Assembly: GCA_018383975.1 (NCBI GenBank)
Contig: JAHAZT010000041.1
Location: forward strand, 21,638 to 85,637
Reading direction: 5' to 3'
DNA from: Eubacteriales bacterium
Lineage (GTDB): Bacteria > Bacillota > Clostridia > Oscillospirales > CAG-272
DNA length: 64,000 nucleotides
The notes under the pieces were generated by a model, which ran no database searches, was not told the origin of the DNA, and saw only the letters and a list, made by a program, of their open reading frames with translations. A program made the translations under genes and the position numbers. Positions within the stretch are counted from its first letter, which is position 1. Each line of letters begins with the position of its first letter. Of this stretch, positions 1-7,189 are shown piece by piece.

Positions 1-1182
1 ACCGCCGCCATAAACGCAACGCTGTCCGGTGTTGTAAGAGGGTGCATGGAAGCCGATTGCATCGGCAAAATCTACGGCGCGATAAACGGTATCGAAGGAG
101 TGCTTGCGGAACGCTTCTGCGATCTCGGCGAAAAGCTTCCGGACGAGGCGTCGCTCAGGCTCCTCGAACAGACCCCCGCCGCCGCTCTCGGCTCGTGCAG
201 AAAAAAACTCCCGAAGCCGGAGGACGACCCCGCAACGTTTGAAAAGCTCATTGAAATCTTCAAAAAATACAACATACGCTACTTCTTCTATATCGGCGGA
301 AACGACTCGATGGATACCGTTGCAAAGCTCTCGCGCTATTGCGCCTCCGTCGGCTTTGAAATGCGCGTGATGGGCGTTCCGAAAACAATCGACAACGACC
401 TCGCCGGCACGGATCACACCCCCGGTTTCGGCTCGGCGGCGAAGTATATCGCAACGGTCACGCAGGAAATCCTCCTCGATACGGCTGTTTACACCGTCAA
501 GGCGGTCACGATTATAGAAATAATGGGGCGTGACGCAGGCTGGCTCACGGCGGCTGCAGCCCTTCCCTCTCTTTCCGGAATCGCTCCCGACCTCGTTTAC
601 CTCCCCGAAGTTCCCTTCGATTACGACAAATTCTATGAGGACATTGCGGCGGCGTTTGAAAGACATCCGAACGTTGTGGTTGCGGTTTCGGAGGGCGTTC
701 GCACGGCAGACGGAACGTACGTCGGCGAAGGCACGCAGAGCGGTGCCGTTGACGTTTTCGGTCACAAATATCTCTCCGGCACGGGAAAAGCGCTTGAGCT
801 TGCCGTAAAGGAAAAGTTCGGATGCAAGGTGCGTTCGGTCGAGCTGAACCTCCCGCAGAGATGCGCCGCCCATATCCGCTCAAAGACAGACATTGATGAA
901 TCCGTTATGGTCGGCAAGGCAGCGGCTGATTATGCCGTCGGCGGCGAGACAGGCAAGATGACCTGTTTTGTACGCACGTCAACCGAACCTTACAAATGCG
1001 AAGCCGGACTTTGCGATATCGCCTCCGTCGCAAACGCCGTCAGAAGCGTGCCGAGAGAGTTCATCACGGAGCGCGGAAACAACGTTACGGCGGAATGTAT
1101 AAAATATATCGCTCCGCTGATAGCTGGCGAAGCCGACTGCACATACAAAAACGGCATGCCCGATTTCATAACGCTCAAATAA
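1..1182 (+). CDS. pfkA: 6-phosphofructokinase (PfkA family, ATP- or PPi-dependent), 5' end outside window
   Basis: Frame 1 is open from base 1 (TAAINATLSGVVRG precedes the first Met at 46). Motifs GGNDSMDT, PKTIDNDL and MGRDAGWL are typical of PfkA-family kinases. Confidence 0.9.
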   Translation, partial: TAAINATLSGVVRGCMEADCIGKIYGAINGIEGVLAERFCDLGEKLPDEASLRLLEQTPAAALGSCRKKLPKPEDDPATFEKLIEIFKKYNIRYFFYIGGNDSMDTVAKLSRYCASVGFEMRVMGVPKTIDNDLAGTDHTPGFGSAAKYIATVTQEILLDTAVYTVKAVTIIEIMGRDAGWLTAAAALPSLSGIAPDLVYLPEVPFDYDKFYEDIAAAFERHPNVVVAVSEGVRTADGTYVGEGTQSGAVDVFGHKYLSGTGKALELAVKEKFGCKVRSVELNLPQRCAAHIRSKTDIDESVMVGKAAADYAVGGETGKMTCFVRTSTEPYKCEAGLCDIASVANAVRSVPREFITERGNNVTAECIKYIAPLIAGEADCTYKNGMPDFITLK

Positions 1183-2309
1183 TGTTTCCATACGAAAAAA
1201 AGACAAGATTTTCGTACAGCTTTGCAACCGTCCCCGAACTTTCGTATATTTGCAGACGTGAAGGCTTTGATATTCCACTGTCGCGCGACGTGTCGCCCCT
1301 CTCCGGCAAAGTGCGGCTCCGCTCAAAGGGCGGAGAGATGGTCACACTGCAGAATTCGCTCGCCGTTCTGCCGGTAAACTGCCTTGACGCAGCGGAGGAC
1401 GGAGCTCCGTCCTGCCTTACGGAAAGACGCTGGATAAGGTGCGCCGGATCCGGCGCAGGACTCGTTTTCTGCGGACCGGCAAGCGTATCGGAATCCGATA
1501 TCGCCGACGGAAGGCTTCTCATGACAGAGAATAATATACAAAAGTATAAATCTCTGATAAACAAGATGAGAGCGGTCTTTTCGGGATTATTGGTTCTTCA
1601 GTTGTTTGCGGATTGTCCGTCGGAAAAAGAGTCCGAGGGCGACCTTCCCGCGCTTTTTGCAAAAGCCGCAAGGGCTGCCTTCAATGCGGGCTTTGACGGA
1701 GTGGAAATATGTGTTTTTCCGGATTCTCCGTCGGAATACCGTTCATTGGTCTCAAAGATTTTCGGTGCCGTTTTTGCCGTCTCTCCGGAGAATGCCGTAA
1801 TCTCTCTGAAATATTTTCATAATGAAAACTCGCCGGATCCCGACGTCGTCCTTCTCTGCGATCTTGCAAAAAAAGGACTCTCGGCGATAAGTGTAACGGC
1901 GGTCTCGCCGGATCTCGCCTGCCCTTCAAACATTCCGCAAGCCACCCCCACGCGACACCCGATCGCGGATGCGGAGCAGCTTCTTTCGGCGGCAAAGCGG
2001 ATAAAAAACCTTGTGCCGGACGTATGCGTTATCGCCTCCGGAATGAGTTATTTCAAAGAGCTTGCGCCGAACGTTGCCGCCGGAGCAATCGCCGATAAGG
2101 CTTGCGACGTTGCGGGCTTTGGGAGAATGGCTCTCGCATACGAGAGCTTTGCAAGCGATTTTTTATCAGACAATACAAACAGGAAAAAGGTATGCGTTGC
2201 GTGCGGAAAATGCACAAAGCTTTATCTTTCGGGAGAGACTGTCGGCTGTCCCGTCCGCGACCAAAGTATATATCTTCCTGTTTTGCGCAGGGTCACGGGC
2301 AAAAAGTAA
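1182..2309 (+). CDS. divergent NADH:flavin oxidoreductase (Old Yellow Enzyme family)-like TIM-barrel protein with C-terminal Cys cluster
   Basis: ATG at 1182 overlaps the pfk stop (TAATG). Segments LQNSLAVLP, AGFDGVEI and VCVACGKC..GCP resemble OYE-family enzymes. The 996-1181 part of the tracked ORF overlaps pfk and is Arg-rich noise. Confidence 0.5.
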   Translation: MFPYEKKTRFSYSFATVPELSYICRREGFDIPLSRDVSPLSGKVRLRSKGGEMVTLQNSLAVLPVNCLDAAEDGAPSCLTERRWIRCAGSGAGLVFCGPASVSESDIADGRLLMTENNIQKYKSLINKMRAVFSGLLVLQLFADCPSEKESEGDLPALFAKAARAAFNAGFDGVEICVFPDSPSEYRSLVSKIFGAVFAVSPENAVISLKYFHNENSPDPDVVLLCDLAKKGLSAISVTAVSPDLACPSNIPQATPTRHPIADAEQLLSAAKRIKNLVPDVCVIASGMSYFKELAPNVAAGAIADKACDVAGFGRMALAYESFASDFLSDNTNRKKVCVACGKCTKLYLSGETVGCPVRDQSIYLPVLRRVTGKK

Positions 2310-2373
2310 AATCCCGAAAGTCCTTACGACATCGGCGTTTTCATAATTATATACACACGTATAAAATACAAAT

Positions 2374-2414
2374 AAAAAGCAAGGGTGCGGTGAAACACCG
2401 CACCCTTGCTTTTG
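2374..2414. terminator. bidirectional intrinsic terminator between convergent genes
   Basis: A 14-bp perfect stem gcaagggtgcggtg/caccgcacccttgc with an aaa loop, flanked by an A-run and a T-run. Confidence 0.75.
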
Positions 2415-2421
2415 CTGTTTT

Positions 2422-3723
2422 TTATTTTATGTCGGTCACAACTCCCATAAAGAGCGGAAGGTTTGTCTTGCTGTCTATTATATAGTATACAAACGGTCTG
2501 TCGAGCTTTACGTCAACGGGCTTTTTCGGTGCTGCCGATTCGGCAAGTATCTCAACCGCCGTAACAGCCGCCGCCCTCGTTCCCGCCTGCGTCATTTCGA
2601 TATGCGTTTTGTGGAGTACGTCGCCGATATAGAGATTGCCCAAAGGCGAAGAGCCTATGCCGGAAAGGTCTGCTTCTGAAGAAGAAAATGCCTTTTTCAG
2701 TCCCATGGACTCCAGCGCTTTGTAAAGGCTGACGTCATAATCGTATTCAAACTTCGGCAGATATGCCTTTGCACGATAGCCGTAATCGTTTTGCTTTCCG
2801 GAAAGTATCTTCCCGAGCTTCTTGCCGGAAAGAGAATTGACGTAATCGAAAACGTCGCCGTCCGGCAGCATTGCAACAAATTCATATCCGTTCTTATAAT
2901 ATTTTCTGAAACCGATAGCGTTTTTCGTTCTTATGAGCGTTTCCTCGCTCATCATAAACGTTGCGTCGCTTTTGCTCTTGTCGTAAGCGTTGAATGTGCC
3001 CTTCTGACATTGAAAATTCTCATAAGGCTTGCTCCACAGAGCGTCGAAAACGAGTGCGTTTATCAGCAGCATGACGGCGTCCGGGTCGATTGATTCTATG
3101 ATTTTATCAATCATTTTGTCCGTATGCTTGCTCACCCATTTATTGATTTTGTCAACTGTTTTCTGACTGAAAAAGTCCTCCTCATAAGCCTGCGCGTCAT
3201 AATAACTCTTGTTTACCTGCAAAAAGTCCTTGTGAACGGCAATTCTGCCGTCCTTGCCGAACCAGATTGAATTCGCAAGCTCAACCTTCGCTCCGTCGCC
3301 GTTGTAAAGCGAGTGCGCGAGCGTATAAAGATACGCGTTCGCTTCGTCGACGGAAAAGCCGAACAGCTTTTCAAATTCCTCTCTCGTTTCATTCCGCGCG
3401 CCGTTTGCCGTCATTCCGAGAGCGACTATAACGGAAAGTGGCGAGACGAGCGAGTTTTTCTTGTCAATGTCAAGCGTACTTTGCATCAGTCTGACGGCAA
3501 AATCAAGCATACCGTTTTTGAATTTGTCGTCCGCATCCTTACCTTCGACTTCGATTGCGACAAAGTCCTTCAAAAGATCGCCTGCGGCTTTTGCGTTCGT
3601 CGGAGTGACGGTCGGCAGGTCTCCTCTCGTTTCCTTCGGCTCGACCTTTGTCTTTGCGCAGGAGCAAAGCACAAGTCCGAGCATCGAAAGCACGAGTATC
3701 ATTGAAATAATTCGTTTTACCAT
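2422..3723 (-). CDS. serpin (serine protease inhibitor family) with signal peptide / lipobox-like N-terminus
   Basis: N-terminus MVKRIISMILVLSMLGLVLCSC. Serpin signatures NSIWF, LPKFEYDYD, hinge GTRAAAVTAV, DRPF and LFMGVV. GAGGAGG RBS upstream. Confidence 0.9.
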   Translation of the reverse strand: MVKRIISMILVLSMLGLVLCSCAKTKVEPKETRGDLPTVTPTNAKAAGDLLKDFVAIEVEGKDADDKFKNGMLDFAVRLMQSTLDIDKKNSLVSPLSVIVALGMTANGARNETREEFEKLFGFSVDEANAYLYTLAHSLYNGDGAKVELANSIWFGKDGRIAVHKDFLQVNKSYYDAQAYEEDFFSQKTVDKINKWVSKHTDKMIDKIIESIDPDAVMLLINALVFDALWSKPYENFQCQKGTFNAYDKSKSDATFMMSEETLIRTKNAIGFRKYYKNGYEFVAMLPDGDVFDYVNSLSGKKLGKILSGKQNDYGYRAKAYLPKFEYDYDVSLYKALESMGLKKAFSSSEADLSGIGSSPLGNLYIGDVLHKTHIEMTQAGTRAAAVTAVEILAESAAPKKPVDVKLDRPFVYYIIDSKTNLPLFMGVVTDIK

Positions 3724-3753
3724 AAATTTTCCTCCTCTTGTATATGAGCGTTT

Positions 3754-4464
3754 TTATCCGCCCGAAACCGCAAACGAAACGGCTTTCATTCTTTCGGGAT
3801 ACGGCGTATCCGCATTGCCCGTAAGTTCAAATCTGACCGTCAGCGTGACGCCGTCACCGCATGACCATCTGTAAATCGGTGCGCCGAGAGCAACCCTTCC
3901 CTCTCCGCCGAGCAATTTGCAGATCTCCGCATACGACATTCCCTTTTTCAGAACGACGTTGTCCATGACGGTAATTTCCGTAAGCTCACAGGCGGAAGCC
4001 GCGGACGTCGTTACAGGAAAATCCGGACGGGAGGTCGAAACGGCTTCCGTGCCCGACCAAAGCGGAGTCGTTACCACAACAGACGTTCCCTCCCATGTTG
4101 TCGTGGCTGCACTTTGCGGAGGAAAATACGGTATTGTAGTCGTATATTTTATCGACGTCGCCGCCTCCTCCGTCGATTCTTTGTCGAACTCGGTGTGATT
4201 TGCCGATTCTCCGCCGGAATAGCTCGGTGTGAGGATTTCAGTGCCGGCAATTGACGGCGTACCCGATGTATCGAAGTATTTTTCATCGCCTTTCACGCTC
4301 GGGGACAAAGTGCCGATTGCGATCAGCGCAGGCACGATTATTATTGCCATACACGCCGCAAGCGTTGCGAATTTTTTCAGTCTGAGTTTTTTGAGCTTTT
4401 CCTCCGCCGCTTTCTTCTCTGCCTTTTCGCGCACCGTCTGACGGAATTCATTCATATCCTTCAT
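3754..4464 (-). CDS. putative anti-sigma factor: single-pass membrane protein with Thr/Ser-rich linker and C-terminal globular ectodomain
   Basis: ATGA start/stop overlap with the sigma gene. Lys-rich cytoplasmic N-terminus and one TM (LAACMAIIIVPALIAIG). The C-terminus GMSYAEICKLLGGEG..YRW..DG..LTVRF resembles BLIP-like/DUF3862 domains. Confidence 0.55.
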   Translation of the reverse strand: MKDMNEFRQTVREKAEKKAAEEKLKKLRLKKFATLAACMAIIIVPALIAIGTLSPSVKGDEKYFDTSGTPSIAGTEILTPSYSGGESANHTEFDKESTEEAATSIKYTTTIPYFPPQSAATTTWEGTSVVVTTPLWSGTEAVSTSRPDFPVTTSAASACELTEITVMDNVVLKKGMSYAEICKLLGGEGRVALGAPIYRWSCGDGVTLTVRFELTGNADTPYPERMKAVSFAVSGG

Positions 4465-5051
4465 ATCGTTTCTATCCCCCTTTCGATAAGAACTTTTTTC
4501 AGGGCTTCCTTACCTCTGTAAAGCAGATTCGCCGTCTGCCTTTTGTTTTTCTTCATTATAATACATATCTCATCGCCCGAAAAACCGTAAAAATACGTCA
4601 GGCGGAGTATCTGCGCATATTCTTTGTTTATCGTTTCAAGAGCCTCGCGCACGATTTTTGACCTCTCGTCCGAGATGAGCTTTTCTTCAAGGAGTTTTCC
4701 GTCGGTTATGCTTTCCTCGTTTTCGCTTATGTCGGAGTCGGAAATGCGTTTTCTCTTGCGCAGCCCGTCTATCGCTTTGTTTCTTGCAACAGAGAAAAGA
4801 TATGTTTTCAGCGAACAACCGAAGGAGTATCTGTCTTTGTGGACAATCAGTTCCGCAAAGGTGTCGGCGGCGATATCCTCGGCGTCGGCAAAGTTTTTCA
4901 GCGTGCCGTAGACGAAAAATATCAGTCCGTCGTGATATATCTCCATTATTTTATCAAAAGCCGTCTCGTCGCCGCCGAGCCATTTTTCGTAAAGCTCTGC
5001 GCCGATATCCGTTCCGGACGTTCCGGCGCCGATGTATTCATTTTCCGGCAT
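4461..5051 (-). CDS. RNA polymerase sigma-70 family factor, ECF-type
   Basis: Region 2-like DIAADTFAELIVHKDRY and region 4 HTH-like EYAQILRLTYFYGFSGDEICIIM. Start moved to ATG 5051, which has an AAGGAG RBS 8 nt upstream. Confidence 0.85.
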   Translation of the reverse strand: MPENEYIGAGTSGTDIGAELYEKWLGGDETAFDKIMEIYHDGLIFFVYGTLKNFADAEDIAADTFAELIVHKDRYSFGCSLKTYLFSVARNKAIDGLRKRKRISDSDISENEESITDGKLLEEKLISDERSKIVREALETINKEYAQILRLTYFYGFSGDEICIIMKKNKRQTANLLYRGKEALKKVLIERGIETI

Positions 5052-5119
5052 ATTCTTTTCTCCTTTGACCATTAGTCGCACAGGCGGCGCGATTATCTCA
5101 CCACCCGCCGATTTTTTAT

Positions 5120-5148
5120 ATTATATCACGTTTTCCGGCGGATGAAAA
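5120..5148 (-). promoter_or_regulatory. candidate extended -10 promoter for the ECF sigma operon
   Basis: The minus strand reads TGaTATAAT (plus 5120-5128), with a weak -35 TTTTCA 17 nt upstream. Confidence 0.3.
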
Positions 5149-5195
5149 GGGGAAATCGAAGATAATAAAAGCCATTTCGTTCCGGATATTTTCCA

Positions 5196-5228
5196 GTGTG
5201 CGAAGCACGCTTGCAGGCGTCGCCGAGA
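5196..5228 (+). repeat. 33-nt conserved block, copy A (second copy at 31249-31281)
   Basis: gtgtgcgaagcacGcttgcaggcgtcgccgaga versus gtgtgcgaagcacActtgcaggcgtcgccgaga. Begins with the hairpin gtgtgc-gaa-gcacRc. Confidence 0.85.
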
Positions 5229-5239
5229 GGGGTTTGAAT

Positions 5240-5266
5240 GCGCCTCCCCTGTGTAAGGGGAGGCGC
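5240..5266. other. GC-rich stem-loop
   Basis: gcgcctcccc-tgtgtaa-ggggaggcgc, a perfect 10-bp stem. Confidence 0.7.
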
Positions 5267-5272
5267 TAACTT

Positions 5273-5310
5273 CCCGATAACCGAAGTTTATTCTGCCTGC
5301 TTTTCTTTTC
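5273..5310 (+). repeat. 38-nt 'ccgataa..cttttcttttc' module, copy A1
   Basis: cccgataaccgaagtttattctgcctgcttttcttttc. Related copies lie at 5384-5421 (same strand) and 31164-31199 (inverted). Confidence 0.8.
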
Positions 5311-5324
5311 GGGCATAACAAAAC

Positions 5325-5360
5325 AAAAAAACAGAGATGAGAAATCACCTCTGTTTTCTT
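5325..5360. terminator. terminator-like hairpin flanked by A-run and T-run
   Basis: aaaaaaacagag-atgagaaatcac-ctctgttttctt. Lies inside the 400-bp galE/sigma intergenic region. Confidence 0.5.
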
Positions 5361-5383
5361 AATTATAAAATCTGCATATCGTG

Positions 5384-5483
5384 CCCGATAATTGAAGTTT
5401 CTTTTGCCTACTTTTCTTTTCAAAGAAAAGTACGGTGCCTGCTTTTCTTTTCAAAGAAAAGTACGGTCAAAGAAAAGTAGGGT
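5384..5483 (+). repeat. module copy A2 followed by a 31-bp tandem repeat (2.5 units) abutting the galE stop
   Basis: cccgataattgaagtttcttttgcctacttttcttttc. This is followed by gcctRcttttcttttcaaagaaaagtacggt at 5406-5436 and 5437-5467, plus a half unit at 5468-5483. Each unit contains the palindrome cttttcttt/aaagaaaag. Confidence 0.85.
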
Positions 5484-6499
5484 TATTTGTCGTAGCCGTT
5501 GGGATTCTTTGTCTGCCAGCGCCATGTATCCTCGCACATATCGTCAAGGCTCTTTTCCGCCTGCCAACCGAGAATTTCCTTTGCCTTGGTGGCATCCGCG
5601 TAACATTCGGCAATGTCGCCGGGACGTCTGTCCAGCATAACCTTCTTTATCTCTTTTCCACAAGCCTTTTCAAATGCGGAAATCATTTCGAGAACGCTGT
5701 AACCGACGCTTGTTCCGAGATTGAAAACCTCAACTCCCTTGTGCGCGCCGACGTAATCCACCGCCGCAACGTGACCCTTCGCAAGGTCGACAACGTGAAT
5801 ATAGTCGCGCACGCCGGTGCCGTCCTTTGTCGGATAGTCCGTGCCGAAGACCGTCATCTGCGAGAGCTTGCCGACAGCCGTCTGCGCGATTCTCGGCATA
5901 AGGTTGTTCGGGATACCGTTCGGATCCTCGCCGATGAGTCCGCTCTCGTGAGCGCCGACGGGGTTGAAATAGCGGAGGAGAACAACGGAAAGCTCCGGAT
6001 CCGCCTTCGCCGCCGACTGCAGAATAACCTCAATCATATATTTCGTCCAGCCGTAAGGATTTGTGCATCTGCCGACGGGAGCCGTCTCTTTTATCGGCAC
6101 TTCGTCGGGGTCGCCGTATACCGTTGCGGAGGAGGAAAAAATGATGTTGTGAGCGTCATATTTTTTCATCGTTTCAAGAAGAGTGAGCGTCGAATCGAGA
6201 TTGTTTCTGTAATATCTGATAGGCTGTGCCACAGACTCGCCGACCGCTTTGAGTCCTGCGAAATGGATGACCGTATCTATATGCTCCTTTTCAAACACCT
6301 TTGAAAGAGCCTCGCCGTCGCAGACGTCAACCTCATACACGGGGAAAGTCTTTCCCGTTATCTGCTTTATTCTGCGAACCGCCTCCGGCTTGCTGTTTGA
6401 ATAGTTGTCCGCAATGACAATATCATATCCCGCGGAAAGAAGTTCAACCGCCGTATGAGAGCCGATATAGCCCGCTCCGCCTGCAAGTAAAATACTCAT
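5483..6499 (-). CDS. galE: UDP-glucose 4-epimerase
   Basis: N-terminal GGAGYIGSH Rossmann motif and full-length GalE-like sequence (YGWTK, NLGTSVGYSVLE). AGGAGG RBS. Confidence 0.95.
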   Translation of the reverse strand: MSILLAGGAGYIGSHTAVELLSAGYDIVIADNYSNSKPEAVRRIKQITGKTFPVYEVDVCDGEALSKVFEKEHIDTVIHFAGLKAVGESVAQPIRYYRNNLDSTLTLLETMKKYDAHNIIFSSSATVYGDPDEVPIKETAPVGRCTNPYGWTKYMIEVILQSAAKADPELSVVLLRYFNPVGAHESGLIGEDPNGIPNNLMPRIAQTAVGKLSQMTVFGTDYPTKDGTGVRDYIHVVDLAKGHVAAVDYVGAHKGVEVFNLGTSVGYSVLEMISAFEKACGKEIKKVMLDRRPGDIAECYADATKAKEILGWQAEKSLDDMCEDTWRWQTKNPNGYDK

Positions 6500-6559
6500 G
6501 TTCCGAACCTCCTGTATTTTTCTTCGATTTTTTGAGACTACATTATATACCGATTTTAT

Positions 6560-7141
6560 TTATTTGTCAATAGCCTGCAGCGGGTTTTCGGCCGCAACGC
6601 GTTCGGGATTGCGTTCCCTGCTTATATTGCCCGTCCGACGCAAAAGCTCAATCACCGCCGGCACAAGTAAAAGCTGAACGATTATTCCGGGAAAAGCACG
6701 CGTAAACGCTCCCGCCAGAAACATCGGAAACGTGAATTTCGTTTTTGAAATGCCGGCAATAACGTATCTCATCGCTCCCCAGGCAACCCTGCCGCAGAGC
6801 ATTGCGGAGATGAGTGATACATATGTATAAGGAAGTTTTTTCGGCAAAAGGTCATATACAAGCGCAGCCGCAAAGCCGTAAACCGCAAGTTCAACCGCCA
6901 TGGAAACGGCATCCGGAAACATCGGCGGCATGCCGAGCGTCACCGACCGCAGCAGCGGCGCGACAAATCCGACCGCAAGTCCCCACCATCTCCCGCAGAC
7001 AAAGCCGCAGATAAAGACGGGCAGATGCATGGGACAAAGCATTCTTCCGATTCCCTGAATCTGTCCCGTCAGAAACGGGAGCGTATAACAAAGCGCAAGG
7101 CATATTGCCGCCGCAACCATTCTTTTTATTCTGTTTGTCAT
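6560..7141 (-). CDS. ECF-transporter S-component-like integral membrane protein (substrate unknown)
   Basis: Six-TM profile, and the motif PMHLPVFICGFVCGRWWGLAVGFVAPLL is typical of ECF S components. Start set at MTNRIK (AAGGAG RBS 7 nt upstream). Confidence 0.55.
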   Translation of the reverse strand: MTNRIKRMVAAAICLALCYTLPFLTGQIQGIGRMLCPMHLPVFICGFVCGRWWGLAVGFVAPLLRSVTLGMPPMFPDAVSMAVELAVYGFAAALVYDLLPKKLPYTYVSLISAMLCGRVAWGAMRYVIAGISKTKFTFPMFLAGAFTRAFPGIIVQLLLVPAVIELLRRTGNISRERNPERVAAENPLQAIDK

Positions 7142-7189
7142 TTTATACTCCTTGATAATATACAAAATATCCTTGCGCCGGCTTGATTT

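Noticed and set aside
996-1181. N-terminal 62-codon extension of the OYE-like ORF
   Set aside because: It lies wholly inside the pfk coding region in another frame and is extremely Arg-rich. A TAATG-coupled ATG at 1182 is a better start.
5406-5483. Possible CRISPR-like array (regularly spaced repeats)
   Set aside because: There are only 2.5 directly abutting 31-bp units with no unique spacers, the units are internally palindromic and AT-rich, and no cas genes are in the window.
5121-6304. ORFs 5121-5423 (minus) and 5435-6304 (plus) in and next to the repeat mosaic
   Set aside because: The first is built entirely from repeat and hairpin sequence. The second is antisense to galE. Neither has an RBS or a recognisable domain.
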